Origin: Bugula neritina
Lineage: Eukaryota > Animalia > Bryozoa
Assembly: GCA_964035545.1 (NCBI GenBank)
Contig: OZ037770.1
Coordinates: forward strand, 6,768,729-6,832,728
Direction of reading: 5' to 3'
DNA length: 64,000 nt
Shown here one piece after another: positions 1-13,300 of this stretch. The notes under the pieces were generated by a model. It searched no databases and was not told the DNA's origin. It saw nothing but the letters and a program-made list of their open reading frames with translations. Position 1 is the stretch's first letter; each line of letters opens with the position of its first letter. Made by a program: the position numbers and the translations under genes.

Positions 1-790
1 ACTAATACTAATAGCAATTTATAATACTAATTATAATAACAATGACTATTACTATTAGTTTAGTATTACATTTAGTTTTACTATGAATAACAAAGAGTGT
101 TTAATTTCAGTTAAGTAATTAGATTTAGTATTACTAGTAGACTTACCCTTAGTATTATCAACTATTACTGTTACTTTTACTGTTAGTATTACTATTACTA
201 TTAGTATTAGTATATTGATGTTCATATTGCCATGCCTATAGTGATAACTGATAGTGATAGGGCTAGGAGTAGGAATACTGATATTCATTATTGATAATAA
301 TATTCTAATTTATATTCATATGCAATTTCATACTCATACTCATACTTTGTCTTTGACTTTCACTCGGTCACGGTACCAAGAGGAAGAGTAAGCTTAGAAG
401 TTAGAGCTAAAGCTATAACTAATACTGTAATACTAATAGTAATACTAATAGTAATACTAATAGTAATAGTTATACTTACACTTACAGCATTGCATTAGGC
501 TTAGCTTTGGGCTCACTCTATAACTTAACTCATAACTAAAAGTAAAACTATAACTATAAGTTTAAGTATTACTATTACATTTACTGCATAAGTTACCTAA
601 TAAGTGTATTAGTAGGAGAGTATCAGTATTACTATTACTTATTACTTATTAGTATGAGTATCACTATGACTATCAGTATTACTATCAGTATCATAATCAT
701 TAGACTATCACAGTGACAGTATGACTAGTCACCATGAGTATCACTATCAGTATGAGTATCACTCACACTGTGACTGTATCTGTATAACAT
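1..790. repeat. Degenerate 6-bp-periodic low-complexity tract (ACTAAT/AGTATT-type)
   Basis: Recurrent ACT/AGT triplets with hexamer spacing and switches of orientation. Confidence 0.65.
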
Positions 791-3187
791 CAACAGCACC
801 AACTTATTCCTATTAATTCTAGCTAAAATTTCAATGTTTACAATAACAACCATGAATAAATACTAACAGATACGACGTGCCAAGTCATACAGCTGCAATT
901 ACAATTTCCACAATAACATTGCTATAACTATAAGAATAAGCACTTATAATTATTTCCCTACGGAGGTCAGTAATGCGTGGTAGATGCTATATTATACATA
1001 GTACTGCAAATCTTTTAGCCTAAGAGCTGTACATTAAAATGCAACTATTGGAAGCTTTGAACAACTCGATTCTAATTTAATATAATTCTGGCGCAGATTT
1101 TTAGGTTACTGTAGTAAAAGTTTTGATTGGCTAATAATCGTCTAATCAGGTCGTCGTTTATCGCTTTGCAGACCACAAAAAATTTCGTAGCCAATAAAAG
1201 TTGAGCAATTCACAATAATAATTAGTAGTAACTAATTGAATGGCAACTAAACCCATAACAAATAGCAGGAAATTGGTAAATGAATCAATAGTTTCAAACA
1301 CAGGATATTAACTATTATATTTTCAATTACATCATGGATAGCTGCAAGTTGTAACACATACAGTGATTACACAAGTACAGTTCTGCATATTATATTATTA
1401 AGTTAATTTATATCCCTGTTGAATATACTTTATGATGTCACTGTTATATTAAAAATTTTTTATGCAAATGATTGTGAGCTCATCATGAACATAAGGAAAC
1501 AGAGCTCATAAACGTCTAAACTAAAATTACTTATCATACAATTTCTATATCTGCTAAAACAAGACTAATCAGTTATGAGCTAAAACACAGTGCATGCAGC
1601 TGATTGCAAAGCCCAGCAGCTTTTATTCAGCATCTACCTTTGGCTCAGCCAATGACTTATTCTTCAGAAATGAGAATTTTAAATCCAAAAATCATTAATT
1701 TAGAATCTGGGCCTGACTCCATGAGCAAATCCAGGAAGTATTTTATGAATTGATATTTCTGCTATAGCTACTATTGCAATGCACATGTTTTATCTAGAGT
1801 TATTGCTGTAAGGTTACACTTGCTACTGCAATGCACATTTTTAGCTAGAGTTGTTACGGTGAGGTTACAAATGTTTGGACTTATGGATAATTAGCCGCAT
1901 GCGACATGGAAACCGTATAGACATGCGTACAGTTGTGAGAGCACAACCCCAATAAATGTTCACCTGGCCAAATATTAACAATAATATAATATAAATCCTG
2001 AAACAGCTGCTGTACACAGATTGAGATGTAACGCTTTATCTTTTTATGCTCGGCAATGACAATCAGTTATATGATTCAGCATACTAACCATGGCCACAAA
2101 CTCAAGCTGTTAGCCTTATGCTAGACTCCTGACTTCTAGAGTCACTTGAGCTCTCTGGCTTAGGTTTACACACCTTTTAAAGATGCTTTAGAGTTTAGTA
2201 GAAGCATAAGTCTCTTCTTCATATTATTCTGATCCATCAGAGAGAGACAGAGATTATACACAATTACATGGTGTCAAGCTGATTACACTAATTCCTTGAG
2301 GAACCAATGAAGTGAAAGCACAACCTGGCTGTATGACTAAAGTGTATGACAACCTGCCAGGAGGATATACTCACGCTTGTGTCGCCACATGCAATTACTT
2401 TGCATTTCGGTATAGTATGTGTAAGCTACCTTACTGTTATGTTCTTCCTTATTTTATAGCTCATCCATCATGGCCAAATAGAAAACAATTGATCAAAATT
2501 TGGCCAATGGCTAAAAAATTTGTTTACCATGTGATATCTAACACATTTTCTTACACTAAATGAACCATTTCCGGTCTTCTTATATATAAGGTTTTACTTG
2601 CAGTATGTTGAGTAGGTGAAGCTTTAACTGTCTGACTCACCCAGCAGACTATATGAGTTGAGTTACTGTATGCCTTATTCTTTTACCTGCTAAATATATT
2701 TTATTGTTATAGTGCAAGACGTTGATAGACTTAGCTCATTGACTATATGTAACCCGTAACCAATAATATGTATTTAGATCCATATGCAGCAACTATAGAA
2801 TTGCTAATATTTTCACAACTATATTAAGGAAAGAGGAAAGACAACTTGAAAATGTGAATATTTATTCCGAGAAGACAACTCTGACACATAGTGTATTCAA
2901 AGTAGATAAATAGCTTAATAATGAAGAATATGTTTCTTAGACTTGATAATACTTGTTTGCTGTATCATCTCGTAAAACATTTAGTCTTTGCTACAATTTG
3001 AAAGATATGTATTGTACTCAACACGTAATTGCATTTACACTCTAAGAATGAAAGCATAAAAAAATACTATCGCATGTTATTTGGTAGGAATTGTTTGTAC
3101 ATGAGTAGAGACTAGAGAGTAGAGCTCTCAGAGTCCTCATAGAAAAAACAAATTTGAATTATTTTAACAAACATCTTATTTATATGT

Positions 3188-6100
3188 TTAGGATGATGCC
3201 TTATTTCTCCTTGTGAAAACAATGCGGTGGGGGTAAGGCTTACTGTTGATACCCCCCATGTTGATGAGTGGGGGCTTTGTGTCACCTTCATAAGTCACAG
3301 AGAACTGCTGCATTATTCTCAACAGGATGAGAAAAACCTCCATCTTACCGAGTGGAATGGCAATACACTTTCTTCTGCCTACAAACCAAAATCTATCAAT
3401 ATTTGGGTGTTAACTAGAAGAGTTACTAAACAGGGACTGCATGGTGTGTAAGGGTTAACTAGTAGAGTTACTAAACAGGGACTGCATGGTGTGTAAGGGT
3501 TAACTAGAATAGTTACTAAACAGGGACTGCATGGTGTGTAAGGGTTAACTAGTAGAATTACTAAACAAGGACTGCATGGTGTGTAAGGGTTAACTAGAAT
3601 AGTTACTAAACAGGGACTGCATGGTGTGTAAGGGTTAACTAGTAGAGTTACTAAACAAGAACTGCATGGTGTGTAAGGGTTAACTAGAATAGTTACTAAA
3701 CAAGGACTGCATGGTGTGTAAGGGTTAACTAGAAGAGTTACTAAACAGGGACTGCATGGTGTGTAAGGGTTAACTAGTAGAGTTACTAAACAGGGACTGC
3801 ATGGTGTGTAAGGGTTAACTAGAAGAGTTGCTAAACAGGGACTGCATGGTGTGTAAGGGTTAACTAGAATAGTTACTAAACAGGGACTGCATGGTGTGTA
3901 AGGGTCAACTAGAAGAGTTACTAAACAGGGACTGCATGGTGTGTAAGTGTTAACTAGAATAGGTACTAAACAAGGACTGCATGGTGTGTAAGAGTTAACT
4001 AGAATAGTTACTAAACAGGGACTGCATGGTGTGTAAGGGTTAACTAGTAGAGTTACTAAACAAGAACTGCATGGTGTGTAAGGGTTAACTAGAATAGTTA
4101 CTAAACAAGGACTGCATGGTGTGTAAGGGTTAACTAGAAGAGTTACTAAACAGGGACTGCATGGTGTGTAAGGGTTAACTAGTAGAGTTACTAAACAGGG
4201 ACTGCATGGTGTGTAAGGGTTAACTAGAAGAGTTACTAAACAAGGACTGCATGGTGTGCAAGAAATATTCTACATTTCTTAAAATAAAAGCACATGTAAG
4301 GCTGCATCACTAAATTATAAATGATGAAATATAACCAAATGAAGCTGTCTATCAGTGTATATAATGTTTTTATAAAGAAACATAGCACTAAAGCTACATA
4401 TGCCTTAGAGTATGAAATGACTGTTCTGCACTGACTATACCATACACATGATTACTATGAAAAACTCGGGTGGTGGTAAGTCAAACACACTGAAGAGCCA
4501 GGTGAGTCAGACATACTGAAGAGCCAGGTGAGTTAGACATACTGAAGAGCCAGGTGAGTCAAACACACTGAAGAGCCAGGTGAGTCAGACATACTGAAGA
4601 GCCAGGTAAGTCAGACACACTGAAGAGCCAGGTAAGTTAGACATACTGAAGAGCCAGGTGAGTCAGACATACTGAAGAGCCAGGTAAGCCAGACACACTG
4701 AAGAGCCAGGTAAGTCAAACATACTGAAGAGCCAGGTAAGTCAGACATACTGAAGAGCCAGGTGAGTCAAACATACTGAAGAGCCAGGTGAGTCAGACAC
4801 ATTGAAGAGGTTAAACTTGACTGACCTAGGCCAAACGCTGCTTCCATACATGCCTTCTTCTTTGTAACATCTCCTGTGAGAAATCTTTCTGGATTAAACT
4901 CGTGCACATTGTCGAAGATGTCAGGGTCGTTATACACCGAGTCAAGGTTAAACATGAGCTCTACTCCAGCTGGAAGTACCTGCGTATAAGGATAGCAACG
5001 CACATCAGCGCTAATATAGGTCACTTAATCTAAAAAACATGGGTTTTCTACTAGCTTGCGTGAATCTATACCCAACCACAATAGAGCATGATTTGACGCC
5101 ACAAACCTGTTTGATTAGGGCTTTCAAACACAGGTAAAGTGAATCATTTGTATAAGTGAAATTCTATTAGATAAAATTACATTCATTTATAATAAACTGC
5201 TTTACAGGTGATAGGTGAAGATATTAATTGAGCAAAGAGAAGCAAGGAATAGAGAATTGCACTTGTTGCCTCGTATAATTCAGAGCTGCACATTGTAATT
5301 GTCTCTCTCCAATAATTCTATGGCAGAACTTTAGTTACGCATTTTTATAATTTTTATTCAATTGCCCACTTTCATGTGCAACTTATGTCTAAGCCTAGGG
5401 CCACACTGTGCGTATTTTCGCATGCGAAAATTGAAATCACGAGTAGCAAAGGTGTCCACTGTGCGCGTTGAGAAAACATTCGCACTTGTCGCTCTGCATT
5501 TTCAACGCAAGTGCGAATCGTCTCTGTCGCCGTCACCTAATTGGTTGGTAGTTATTCAGCGAGCCCAATTTCTTTATTTAGTGCTACATTCCAGTAAAAT
5601 GCGTTTTATTGAAAGCGAGTGCGATTTAAAAATGAATGCTTTATTTATCACGCATCACTGACGCTACAGTGGACACCTTTGCTACTTGTGATTTTAATTT
5701 TCGCATGCGAAAATACGCACCGTGTGGCCCTAGGCTTACTCACTATCTGTCCAGTCCTTTACCATATATACAGCACACACACACCTGTTCATCAATGACA
5801 AGCTCACTCTCTGTGGTGCGAGGAGAAAGAACATGTATGCATTCAGAATGTCTGAATGTCTCCAGTACAAACGCATCTGCGTACGGTAACTTCTCTCTCA
5901 GACTATACTCTGGCACTGAGTCTTCACCTACAACATTATAATAGAGTAACTAGTCTGTTCTTGTACAGTCAATGTGTGTAACTGAACTATAGGAAACTAC
6001 TAATGTAAACCATGTTTACAGACTTGTAGCTTTACATCTGTGACCACATCTTTTTAGAGAAGGTAAACTTACAGCAGTTGTCAATCATTTGTGTTTTAGC

Positions 6101-8917
6101 ACAAGAATACGTTATGTCGTAAACTCAGTTTGATTGTTGGCTACCTTTTTGTTATTGAAAAATAATATTATATAGTGTGTTTGCGAGCTTGATTTGAGTG
6201 TTTAAAGGATTTCACGCTTTTTCCACCATGCAAACAGTTACTTTATTTTCGACCCTCAACATATGTAAAATAGTATAAATTTCACTGTCCAAGTTTGTAT
6301 CTATATAGTGCTAATACGCATACATGCCTAGATGTATATATAAGTAGGCTGTGTATTAATACGCCTGTCTATAGTATACATCTAACATTATATTACCAAT
6401 GACTTCATCAATCTCATTATGGAGACGCTCCTGCATATGGGGATAGACTGAGAGATAGAGCAGAGCCCAGCATAGATAGGAACCTGAGGCTGTACTTCCT
6501 GCGTACATTTGCTGAATCATACTTCCAACATTAGCATCTGTAATATGCAACCAGACTTTGCATATCATAGGTTCGCATGTATTACGATCCCTGTGTAAAT
6601 ATTACAGCCCAAACTAGACAGACAGACAGACGGATGAAAGACAGACAAACAAAAAGATAGAAAGGCCATTAAATAAAAAGAAATAAGAAAGAAGGAGAAA
6701 GAGGGAGAAAGAAGGAGAGAGGAAGAGAGAGAAAAATGTTGGCATATTTCACTAATTATGTAATTTGAAACTGACATATTATATTATTATAGCTCTTCTT
6801 TGCAATTGAAAACGATGAGGGAACTTATCTATGCATATGCAATACTTACCAAATCCTTCTTGGTCACCAAGTTCTGGCCGATATTGTAACAGCATGTGGT
6901 CAAGCATGAGGTTAGGAGAACAACCATCTTGCAGCTCTCTTCGTCTCTTAGCCACAATATTATCAAAATTGCTAAGAATCTGTTTAAATGTTTCAGAGTA
7001 GTTCCTCTCGGCTTCAGCTGAGTGGAAAGGATCACCAGGAATCCACTTGGTGAAGGGGATGGAGGCAGCAAAAGTGACATTGTGTTTATGCTCCTCGTGA
7101 ATCAGGTTTAGGTGATCATGAGCCTTGGGGTCAGCATAGTCGTAGCTATTTCCAGTTAATGTATTTACCAAGATGTTGGTAGCTGCCAACGACAGTGGTG
7201 TTATGGTATCGAGGCCTTCTCTAGACTCAAGTCTTGGCTCTATGAAAAACTGGATAAACTTATCAGCTTCATTGAGTACATGTGGCTCCATGACAGTTCT
7301 ACCCATTCCCTCATTGTTCAGGAAAGTTGCTGTCTGCTGCCTTGCTTTCTTGGCATCCTTCCATAGAATGTGTCTTGCAATACCTAAATAGTTATATAGT
7401 CAATATATAGTGGCTTATAGGTTACAGACAGTAGTGCTCTGTGTTGCAATCATAACACAGGCTGAGATATAGACATATAATTACAGTTTTTATGGCATTA
7501 CTTTTAGCAGATTTTTCCCAATGCCGGAAGTTTTTTAGCTATTAAGTTAGGCATTTGGGTTCAAAAATTAAACTGCAAACTACAAGCTATAAACCAACTC
7601 AGAGTAAAGAGTAGGCACAAGCAGAGTAGAGACACACAGAACTCAAACCTACCTGGTCTTACGGCAAATATCTCCCTCCTCCATCCAGGTAGCCCAACAT
7701 CACTTCTCTTACTGGTGATTTTGTTATTTTCTATGAGAGCTTTGTGAAAGTTAGCATAACTTGAAATCACTACCCGGTACGCTCCTCCCAGCCACACGGT
7801 GAATACCTACCAAATGTACAGATCTTTTAACTTTAAATCTACTAGTCAGATGTTACACTCCACTGCAGTGATGTTAATATTAGTATAATTTAAATATTAT
7901 GGAGCATCATGTTGTTGATATATTTATTATATTATCTATATTTTCATTAAACTTCTTACACTATTTGCATATTATATTAGTTTTATTACAGTACCAATAA
8001 CATACCAATTATTTCATATTACTTATATTAGGCTACATGCATTAGCATTGGCTTAACATAACTATACAAAAAATATATTTATATTCCCATAGATGTATTA
8101 CAGAAAGGTACATACATCACCATGGATATACTACAGAAAGGTACATACATCACCATGGATATATTACAGAAATGTACATACATCACCATGGATATACTAC
8201 AGAAAGGTACATACATCACCATGGATATATTACAGAAATGTACATACATCACCATGGATATACTACAGAAAGGTACATACATCACCATGGATATATTACA
8301 GAAATGTACATACATCACCATGGATATACTACAGAAAGATACATACATCACCATGGATATACTACAGAAATGTACATACATCACCATGGATATATTACAG
8401 AAATGTACATACATCACCATGGATATACTACAGAAAGGTACATACATCACCATGGATATATTACATGAGATAGATATACATACATTACCATGGATATACT
8501 ACATGAGATAGATATACCTACATTACCATGGATATACTACATGAGATAGATATACCTACATTACTATGGATATATTACATGAGATAGATATACATACATT
8601 ACCATGGATATACTACATGAGATAGATATACATACAAATTACTATGGATATACTACATGAGATAGATATACCTACATTACCATGGATATACTACATGAGA
8701 TAGATATACATACATTACCATAAATCTTTTGGTTTTTTCTAAAGAAGTTGATAAGTCCTCCAGCTCTTTGAATGTCCTTAGAATGGCCGTAGAACAGGTG
8801 CACAGGGGGTCCAGGGGGTAGCTTACTTCTCCATCGTTGTGTCTGAATGTAGTAAACAAATCCAACAGCCACAGTGACTGCTGCCAGCAGCAGCGTGGAG
8901 CTGCTTAGATAGTCCAT
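3188..8917 (-). CDS. Cytochrome P450, CYP2-clan-like, 7 exons, 506 aa
   Basis: Exons 8714-8917, 7653-7806, 6850-7383, 6397-6537, 5785-5927, 4826-4979 and 3188-3378 join in phase with GT-AG introns (1521 nt). N-terminal membrane anchor followed by LPPGP; YGN|VFTVWLG; GMG; ExxR (ETFR); PERF; heme motif FGLG|RRKCIA; TAA at 3188-3190. Confidence 0.95.
3408..4260. repeat. Minisatellite, 45-nt unit x ~19, ~30 nt from the last CYP acceptor
   Basis: Unit GGGTTAACTAGTAGAGTTACTAAACAGGGACTGCATGGTGTGTAA. Confidence 0.95.
4478..4808. repeat. Minisatellite, 26-nt unit x ~12, beside the CYP exon 6 donor
   Basis: Unit TGAAGAGCCAGGTRAGTCAGACATAC. Confidence 0.95.
5392..5736. mobile_element. MITE with ~75-bp terminal inverted repeats (PIF/Harbinger-like) in a CYP intron
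   Basis: AGCCTAGGGCCACACTGTGCGTATTTTCGCATGCGAAAATT...GGTGTCCACTGT mirrored by ACAGTGGACACC...TTTTCGCATGCGAAAATACGCACCGTGTGGCCCTAGGCT, with TA(A)/(T)TA flanks. Confidence 0.85.
8088..8721. repeat. Two-phase minisatellite (33-nt and ~38-nt units) that includes the CYP exon 1 donor
   Basis: Minus-strand units contain ATGGT(A/G)AT|GTATGT, copying the real junction TATGGTAAT|GTATGT. Confidence 0.93.
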
Positions 8918-10349
8918 GCTGGTATAGTGACTATTACAGTTTGCTAGTAGATAGTATACCTCAGCTAGTGTTTCACTAGAGTGTCAACACTGATAACAGT
9001 TTATAGACTTTGGTCCAACAACTTACTAACACAGGATAACAATCCTGACTATATATGGATACAGTCAAGTTTGTTTTTAGAATAATCATAATAATGTAGG
9101 CTATCATATCTTCTGATCAGTTGCACAAAGTATCATAATACATATAGCTGCAGGTTCATCACATTATCACAATACGGGACGGCACACCAGTGCACCACAA
9201 CCTAGATCTTACTTGTACTCTTGGCATCAATAAACTCAATAATATTAACGCTCAGTGCTTGGCATGGTATCAGTTTTATCTAAGATAGAAGAGATTAAGG
9301 GAAAATATAATGATCATAGCACACCTACATTATCTGCGAGTACAAAGGTATTGATTGACATGTGCCCAGCGACTGACTTACTCCATACAGATAACTTCTC
9401 GTACTTCAAAGTTTAGCTGATTGAAAAGTTCAAACTTAATTAAATTAAGCCATGCGACTCAGTGATTAGGCTGTGTTGCAGTATCAAAGATTAGCATACA
9501 ATGGCATTTAGCAATAATTACTAATAATTAGTTTTATAACACCACAGACTTCAGAGCTAACTGAAAATGTCACTAGCGTTATGAGTGAAAAATTTATTAA
9601 AGGACAACATTCTTTGGGTACACAACTCTGAAACAGTTTGTAGATGACAACTGAAATGTATCAAGCATTCTTTTAATAAAGTTGAACAAATTTAGTTAAA
9701 TTAATTAAATTATTCAAAAAGTTGTAATTAATCTAATCTAATAAGAACAAATACATAGTTATGGGTATGCAAGACATAATTTATAGTGATGTAAGCCATA
9801 TATAACGCACAAATATGGATATAGCAGTACATGGGTACAAGTGTATGCCAGCTGCTAAGCCATATATCGTTTGTAGATGTTTAGGGCTACGCTGTGATGT
9901 AACTCTGCCATTAGTAATAAAACTCACAAAAACCTTTAAGAAATGGTTCCAGAGCATTTATCACAGAAATAGTAGCAGGGGATGCAACACTAGTGGTAAG
10001 AATAATAAATCCAGAGTATTTAATACTTAGTTGTGTGTTTATTTAGTAAATTCTATGAAATAAAAGTTATATGAACAGTATTTATTGCCTGCTATGTCGA
10101 TCAGGCTTATTTTGATTGGCTGAAAAGTTCATCACGTGACCAACTACACTCAAGTAAAACAAGTAGATTATTTAAAATATATCAGAAGTGTAATAAAAAT
10201 AAAATAGATACATATTTTAGCGAATAATTTAAAATACAGTAACTTCAAAGGTAATGAGTAATAAATACATACAAGAAGTGCAACATGAGTATACTGGTAG
10301 GTACATAACAGTTGGTGATACAATAACATAATAGAATAAAAAAGAAAAC

Positions 10350-13300
10350 TCACACATATACAAAGAATAAAATGACAGATACACATATATATAGAATGTT
10401 GGATATAAACACAGTGTTAGCAGGGCTTCCTGTGATCTTATTTTTAGCCTTGCTACCAAGTATGAGTTTAGGGGAGTGTGTACTTCGACCCGCAGTGCTG
10501 GAAGGAGTAGTGTTTGTATCTTGAGCACACTTCTCCTGCAGAGTCTGCAAGTAGAACATAGAACTGATGCTAAAGGCAAAGCCGAGTTTACAAAGTGGAG
10601 CACAGGCTAATAGAGTTAACACATAATCTCTGAAGAATAAAGAGTCATAAGCTGTGCTCTCATCTATATCATTATATGTTTATGTAAATCGCTACTGGCA
10701 TTTATATTTCTAAGGAAAATCGTACAACTAATCAACAGAAATTAAAAAGATTACTCAGTGAGAATAGTAATAGATAATTGTAAGTAAGTGTAAGTAACTA
10801 GTTACGTACTAGTTAGTAAATAGATGTGAGTTGGGCATCTTTTATTGCAATTGTACACAAAAGTTCGTTTAGTTAAGAAGTAAGATAAAGATAAATTCAA
10901 AATGTCACCAATAGAAAAAATGTTTAGATGAGTAGCAAATGAAAAGCTGTATTATAAGGGTACCTGCTCTTGGTTGCCAGCGCAGATGTCATCATGGAAG
11001 TTCCGTTTCCATTTATCTGCCAACTTTCTGACAGATGATTCGTCAGATGTGCAGACGTTGGTGAAGTCTGTGTTGAGAAGACAATTCACTGGGACAGTGA
11101 GGTAGCTGAAAGCAGACGAGATAAATGCTACATCGCATGTATATGTTCACGTTTCCTACCCAAACTATTAATGAAAGTATCACTAGCAACATCATGCAGT
11201 AAACTTTACCTGCAGATGTCTTTCAGTTGATTACTTGGACTAAGTACTGGACCCCACACAAGCTTGCTTAGAGAATCTAAACCATCTTCCCTCAGTGAAC
11301 CAAAGCATGCCTAAAATAGACAGTTCCCGGTGCAACATCAAGTAGAGAACTCATGTGGAGTTGATTCAGTAGCAGAATAACTGTATACTTACAGAGATAT
11401 GAGAGGAGCAATCAATGTCTCGTGTTGGGAAGCACTCAATCACTCTTTGTATCTTCTGTGCAAGAGAGTACCTCTGATGAGGTGTACACACGCCCCCGCA
11501 GTGAGGCTTAGAGTCCTCCAATAAACAACCGACAAATGTATTGGAATCTAAATTCGAACACCTCCTCTCCGATGCATAGCATGACGCGACGTTAGCGAAG
11601 GCACAATCTACAACATAACCAGACATGCGAGAATTGAAGTTCAGCATAGTACAGGTGTTTGCGCCCATTTATTTGCTGTATGCTCTACACCCTATCACAC
11701 CCTACCCTACCCTGTCCAACCCTACCTTACCCTGTCCAATCCTACCCTACCCTGTCCAACCCTACCCTACTAAGTTTATTTGATCAAATATCTAAAACTA
11801 AGTGCTTTTCATCATTGTACTTGTAAATGATCTGTTTATTTCTCTTTCAAAGAATGGTTTGAAAAAGTCACCAGTGTGACAGATCTTTGCATAAGTATTT
11901 GGTGCAAAAATGCAATTCATAGAAATTAGTTTACTACCCTTCCCCAGACAAGGTGAGTAAAAGTGATATAAACCAAGCAGTAGAATTACAGAAACTGCAA
12001 TAATATAATGAGACAAGTAAAGTAGACAATATAAAGGAAAACGCGTACCAGTCTCACACCAGATGGGGAAAAGCTGTCTAGCTCTCACGAGACTTGCATC
12101 TGCAGGAGATATGCGAGAGTTATCTCTTTCTACACACTCATCAAAACAGGAAATAGCTGTGGAAAACTTCCTGAAAAAATATAATGTAGAATAGCAGTCA
12201 GCATTCGATACCATATTACAGGTTACGTGCAAACATTAGCCGTAGATATAAAGAAGCAGTTTGCGGCAAAAAGTAAGTGAAACTGTATGCAGAATATTTT
12301 TAATACCTGCAGATTTCAGTCTTGTACTCTTCTTTCCGCAGATTACCAGCCAGAATATCAAACTCAGTAATTTGAGAGAGTTGCTGTCTGCATACGCTGC
12401 AATCTGCAACAAAAATGTTGTCTAAGAATTAACCAAAAGATTTCAGAGTAAAATGATTAAAGCACAATTAAAAATATATCCATTCAATGCTTTAGAGAAC
12501 TTCAGCAAGCACATTTTGCAGCATTGCAAACTGCTTCACACCGTATGCGATCAGTCACTTAGTGATAACTGCCGGTTGAATTAGTCTGTAGCCTTGACAG
12601 CTGAAACATTCTAGAACAATGCAGGAGACATTCGACTAATGGAAACTAGCCAGCAGTACTTTGTATAAAAGTGCATGGTGCTATAGAGTAACTTATTCTC
12701 ACATGTGGGAGGCGTGAAAGTGCTGCTGCTATCATTGCTATTAGACACAATCTCCACGGTAGCTGGCTGCGCGACGTAACTGACTCCATTGATCTCTACG
12801 GGAGGCAAACCTCGGCGCAATGTGTTGGCAGCAGATGTCGCTACAGACGGGTCATCAGTGATGAGGTCAAACTCTACCTTGATGCTTCCTGTGAACAGGA
12901 TACAGAAGGGTTTTAGAGCTTACGGTAATAAATAGCCTTAGAGTATATATATGAATATAAGAAAGCAGCCGTGGTTTAGGGGTTAGAGCGTTTGCCTAGT
13001 AAGCACAAGTCATGGGTTTGAGCCCTGACAAAGGTCATTGGTGGTGTTAGGAAAAGCATCCAGTCATAATTGCTATTAGATGTTGCAGAGAAATGAGGTT
13101 GGGATAAGAAATTCACCTGGAGATATCTTGAGATTAGTCACAGCACTCTTTGGCACTGCAAGGCTTTGCGCTACTTCCTGTTTTATTTGATTTTTAACCT
13201 CATTGGTCCGGCCTCCGACCACAGCCTCGTAGTCTGCTTCCAGTAACATGCTTACGGCCAGCGTGTATCCTGGGCCTACAGTTTATATATAGAGTTGACC

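Noticed and set aside
3408-4260. CRISPR-like regular repeat array
   Set aside because: Units are head-to-tail without unique spacers, there are no cas genes, and the context is a eukaryotic intron. The same applies to all other arrays.
8079-8511. Repetitive ORFs on both strands (also 19240-19733, 49587-50155, 53354-54008)
   Set aside because: They are minisatellite translations inside introns.
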